A DNA stretch of 64,000 nt, from contig CAMAVU010000001.1 of assembly GCA_945861935.1 (NCBI GenBank), positions 45,845-109,844 on the forward strand, in the 5' to 3' direction. Positions 63,246 through 64,000 of this stretch are shown here, piece after piece. The DNA is from Bifidobacterium breve. Lineage in GTDB: Bacteria; Actinomycetota; Thermoleophilia; Miltoncostaeales; Miltoncostaeaceae. The notes beneath the pieces were generated by a model that made no database searches, was not told where the DNA came from, and saw only the letters and a list, made by a program, of their open reading frames with translations. The position numbers and the translations under genes were made by a program. Each line of letters begins with the position of its first letter. The first letter of the stretch is position 1.

Positions 63246-64000
63246 TCACACCCGCGCCCCCGACCGGAGCGCCTCCCAGCCCGCCCGCCCCATTGCGGTG
63301 CCCGTGAATCTGGCCGCCTGCCGCACGCCGGCTTCTCGCAGCCGCTCGCCCTCGCCGGGTTCGAGCGCCGCGCCGATCGCCAGAGCCAGGTCGTTGGGCG
63401 TGGGGTCGCAGGTGATCGCGCCGTCCCCCGCGACCTCGGGCATGGCCCCGCGGTTGCTCGCCACCACGGCGGCCCCGCAGGCCATCGCCTCGAGGATGGG
63501 CAGGCCGAAACCCTCGTACAGCGACGGCACCGCCACCACGGCGGCGGCCCGGTAGAGGTCGGCCAGTTGCCCGTCGTCCACGCGGCCCAGCCAATGGGCG
63601 CGGGCACCGCGCATGATCTCCTCCCCGCCGAGGGCAGACCGACCCACCAGCGCCAGTTCCAGGCCGGCGTCGCCGACAAGGGCCATCGCCCGGGCCAGGG
63701 CACCGATGTTCTTGCGGGGGTGGATGTCGCCCACTGCCAGCACGTAGCGCCTGAGCCCGAAGCGCGCGAACACGCGGTTGGCCGCCTCACCTGTGGCATC
63801 GGGGGTGAACACCGCCGCAGGGGAGGTGCGCACCACGTGCACCTTGGCCGGATCGATCCCGAAGACGTCGGTGATCTCCGCGGCCTCGGTGTGGCTGACG
63901 CCGATCACCACATCGGCTCGCGCGATGGCCCGTGGCACGAGACGCCCGAGCATGAGCCGGTCGCGGCGGCTGAACCACTCGGGGTTGGTGACGAAGGCCG
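63246..64000 (-). CDS. GT4 glycosyltransferase, 3' part; 5' end beyond window
   Basis: C-terminal GT-B half: YVLAVGDIHPRKN and PSLYEGFGLPILEAMACGAAVVAS (EX7E). The frame stays open upstream of the track's Met at 63953 to the window end. Confidence 0.75.
   Translation of the reverse strand, partial: AFVTNPEWFSRRDRLMLGRLVPRAIARADVVIGVSHTEAAEITDVFGIDPAKVHVVRTSPAAVFTPDATGEAANRVFARFGLRRYVLAVGDIHPRKNIGALARAMALVGDAGLELALVGRSALGGEEIMRGARAHWLGRVDDGQLADLYRAAAVVAVPSLYEGFGLPILEAMACGAAVVASNRGAMPEVAGDGAITCDPTPNDLALAIGAALEPGEGERLREAGVRQAARFTGTAMGRAGWEALRSGARV

Overview
High-GC (Actinomycetota-like) chromosomal window with three parts. (1) 1-7712, minus strand: the 5' half of a respiratory complex I operon, nuoA-B-C-D-E-F-G plus the start of nuoH, tightly translationally coupled. 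(2) 8.3-14.7 kb: a mixed housekeeping/envelope stretch. It holds a small TPR-like protein, an orphan ABC-2 permease, a PstS lipoprotein with a strong terminator hairpin, two adjacent protease-inhibitor-like lipoproteins (SSI-like and chagasin-like), an ACT-malic enzyme, a PfkB/adenosine-kinase-like gene and an anchored secreted protein. (3) 15.2 kb to the window end (about 49 kb): a very large cell-envelope glycopolymer locus. It carries about 15 soluble glycosyltransferase domains and 2-4 GT-C-like membrane proteins. Export and lipid-linked donor genes: a Wzm/Wzt ABC exporter (Wzt has a C-terminal extension), a Wzx-like flippase, several polyprenyl-phosphate sugar synthases (Ppm1-like, GtrB-like, UbiA/DPPR-synthase-like) and a UPF0104 flippase-like protein. 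Precursor genes: GDP-D-rhamnose genes (gmd, rmd), an orphan rmlC, and a WecE-like aminotransferase with WbqC and a radical SAM/SPASM enzyme. Modification genes: a carbamoyltransferase-SGNH-SxtJ/DUF5989-like module and methyltransferases. Unusual multidomain fusions: AsnB-GT4, DUF616-coiled coil-tandem repeat-methyltransferase, and GT8-like-GT4. I saw no rRNA, tRNA, CRISPR array, transposase or integrase. Most long Arg/Pro/Gly-rich ORFs in the track are antisense or out-of-frame shadows typical of high-GC DNA. The track extends ORFs to the furthest ATG/GTG/TTG, so many starts were re-set by hand using 4-nt stop/start overlaps and homology onset. All family assignments come from motif recognition by eye, not from searches.
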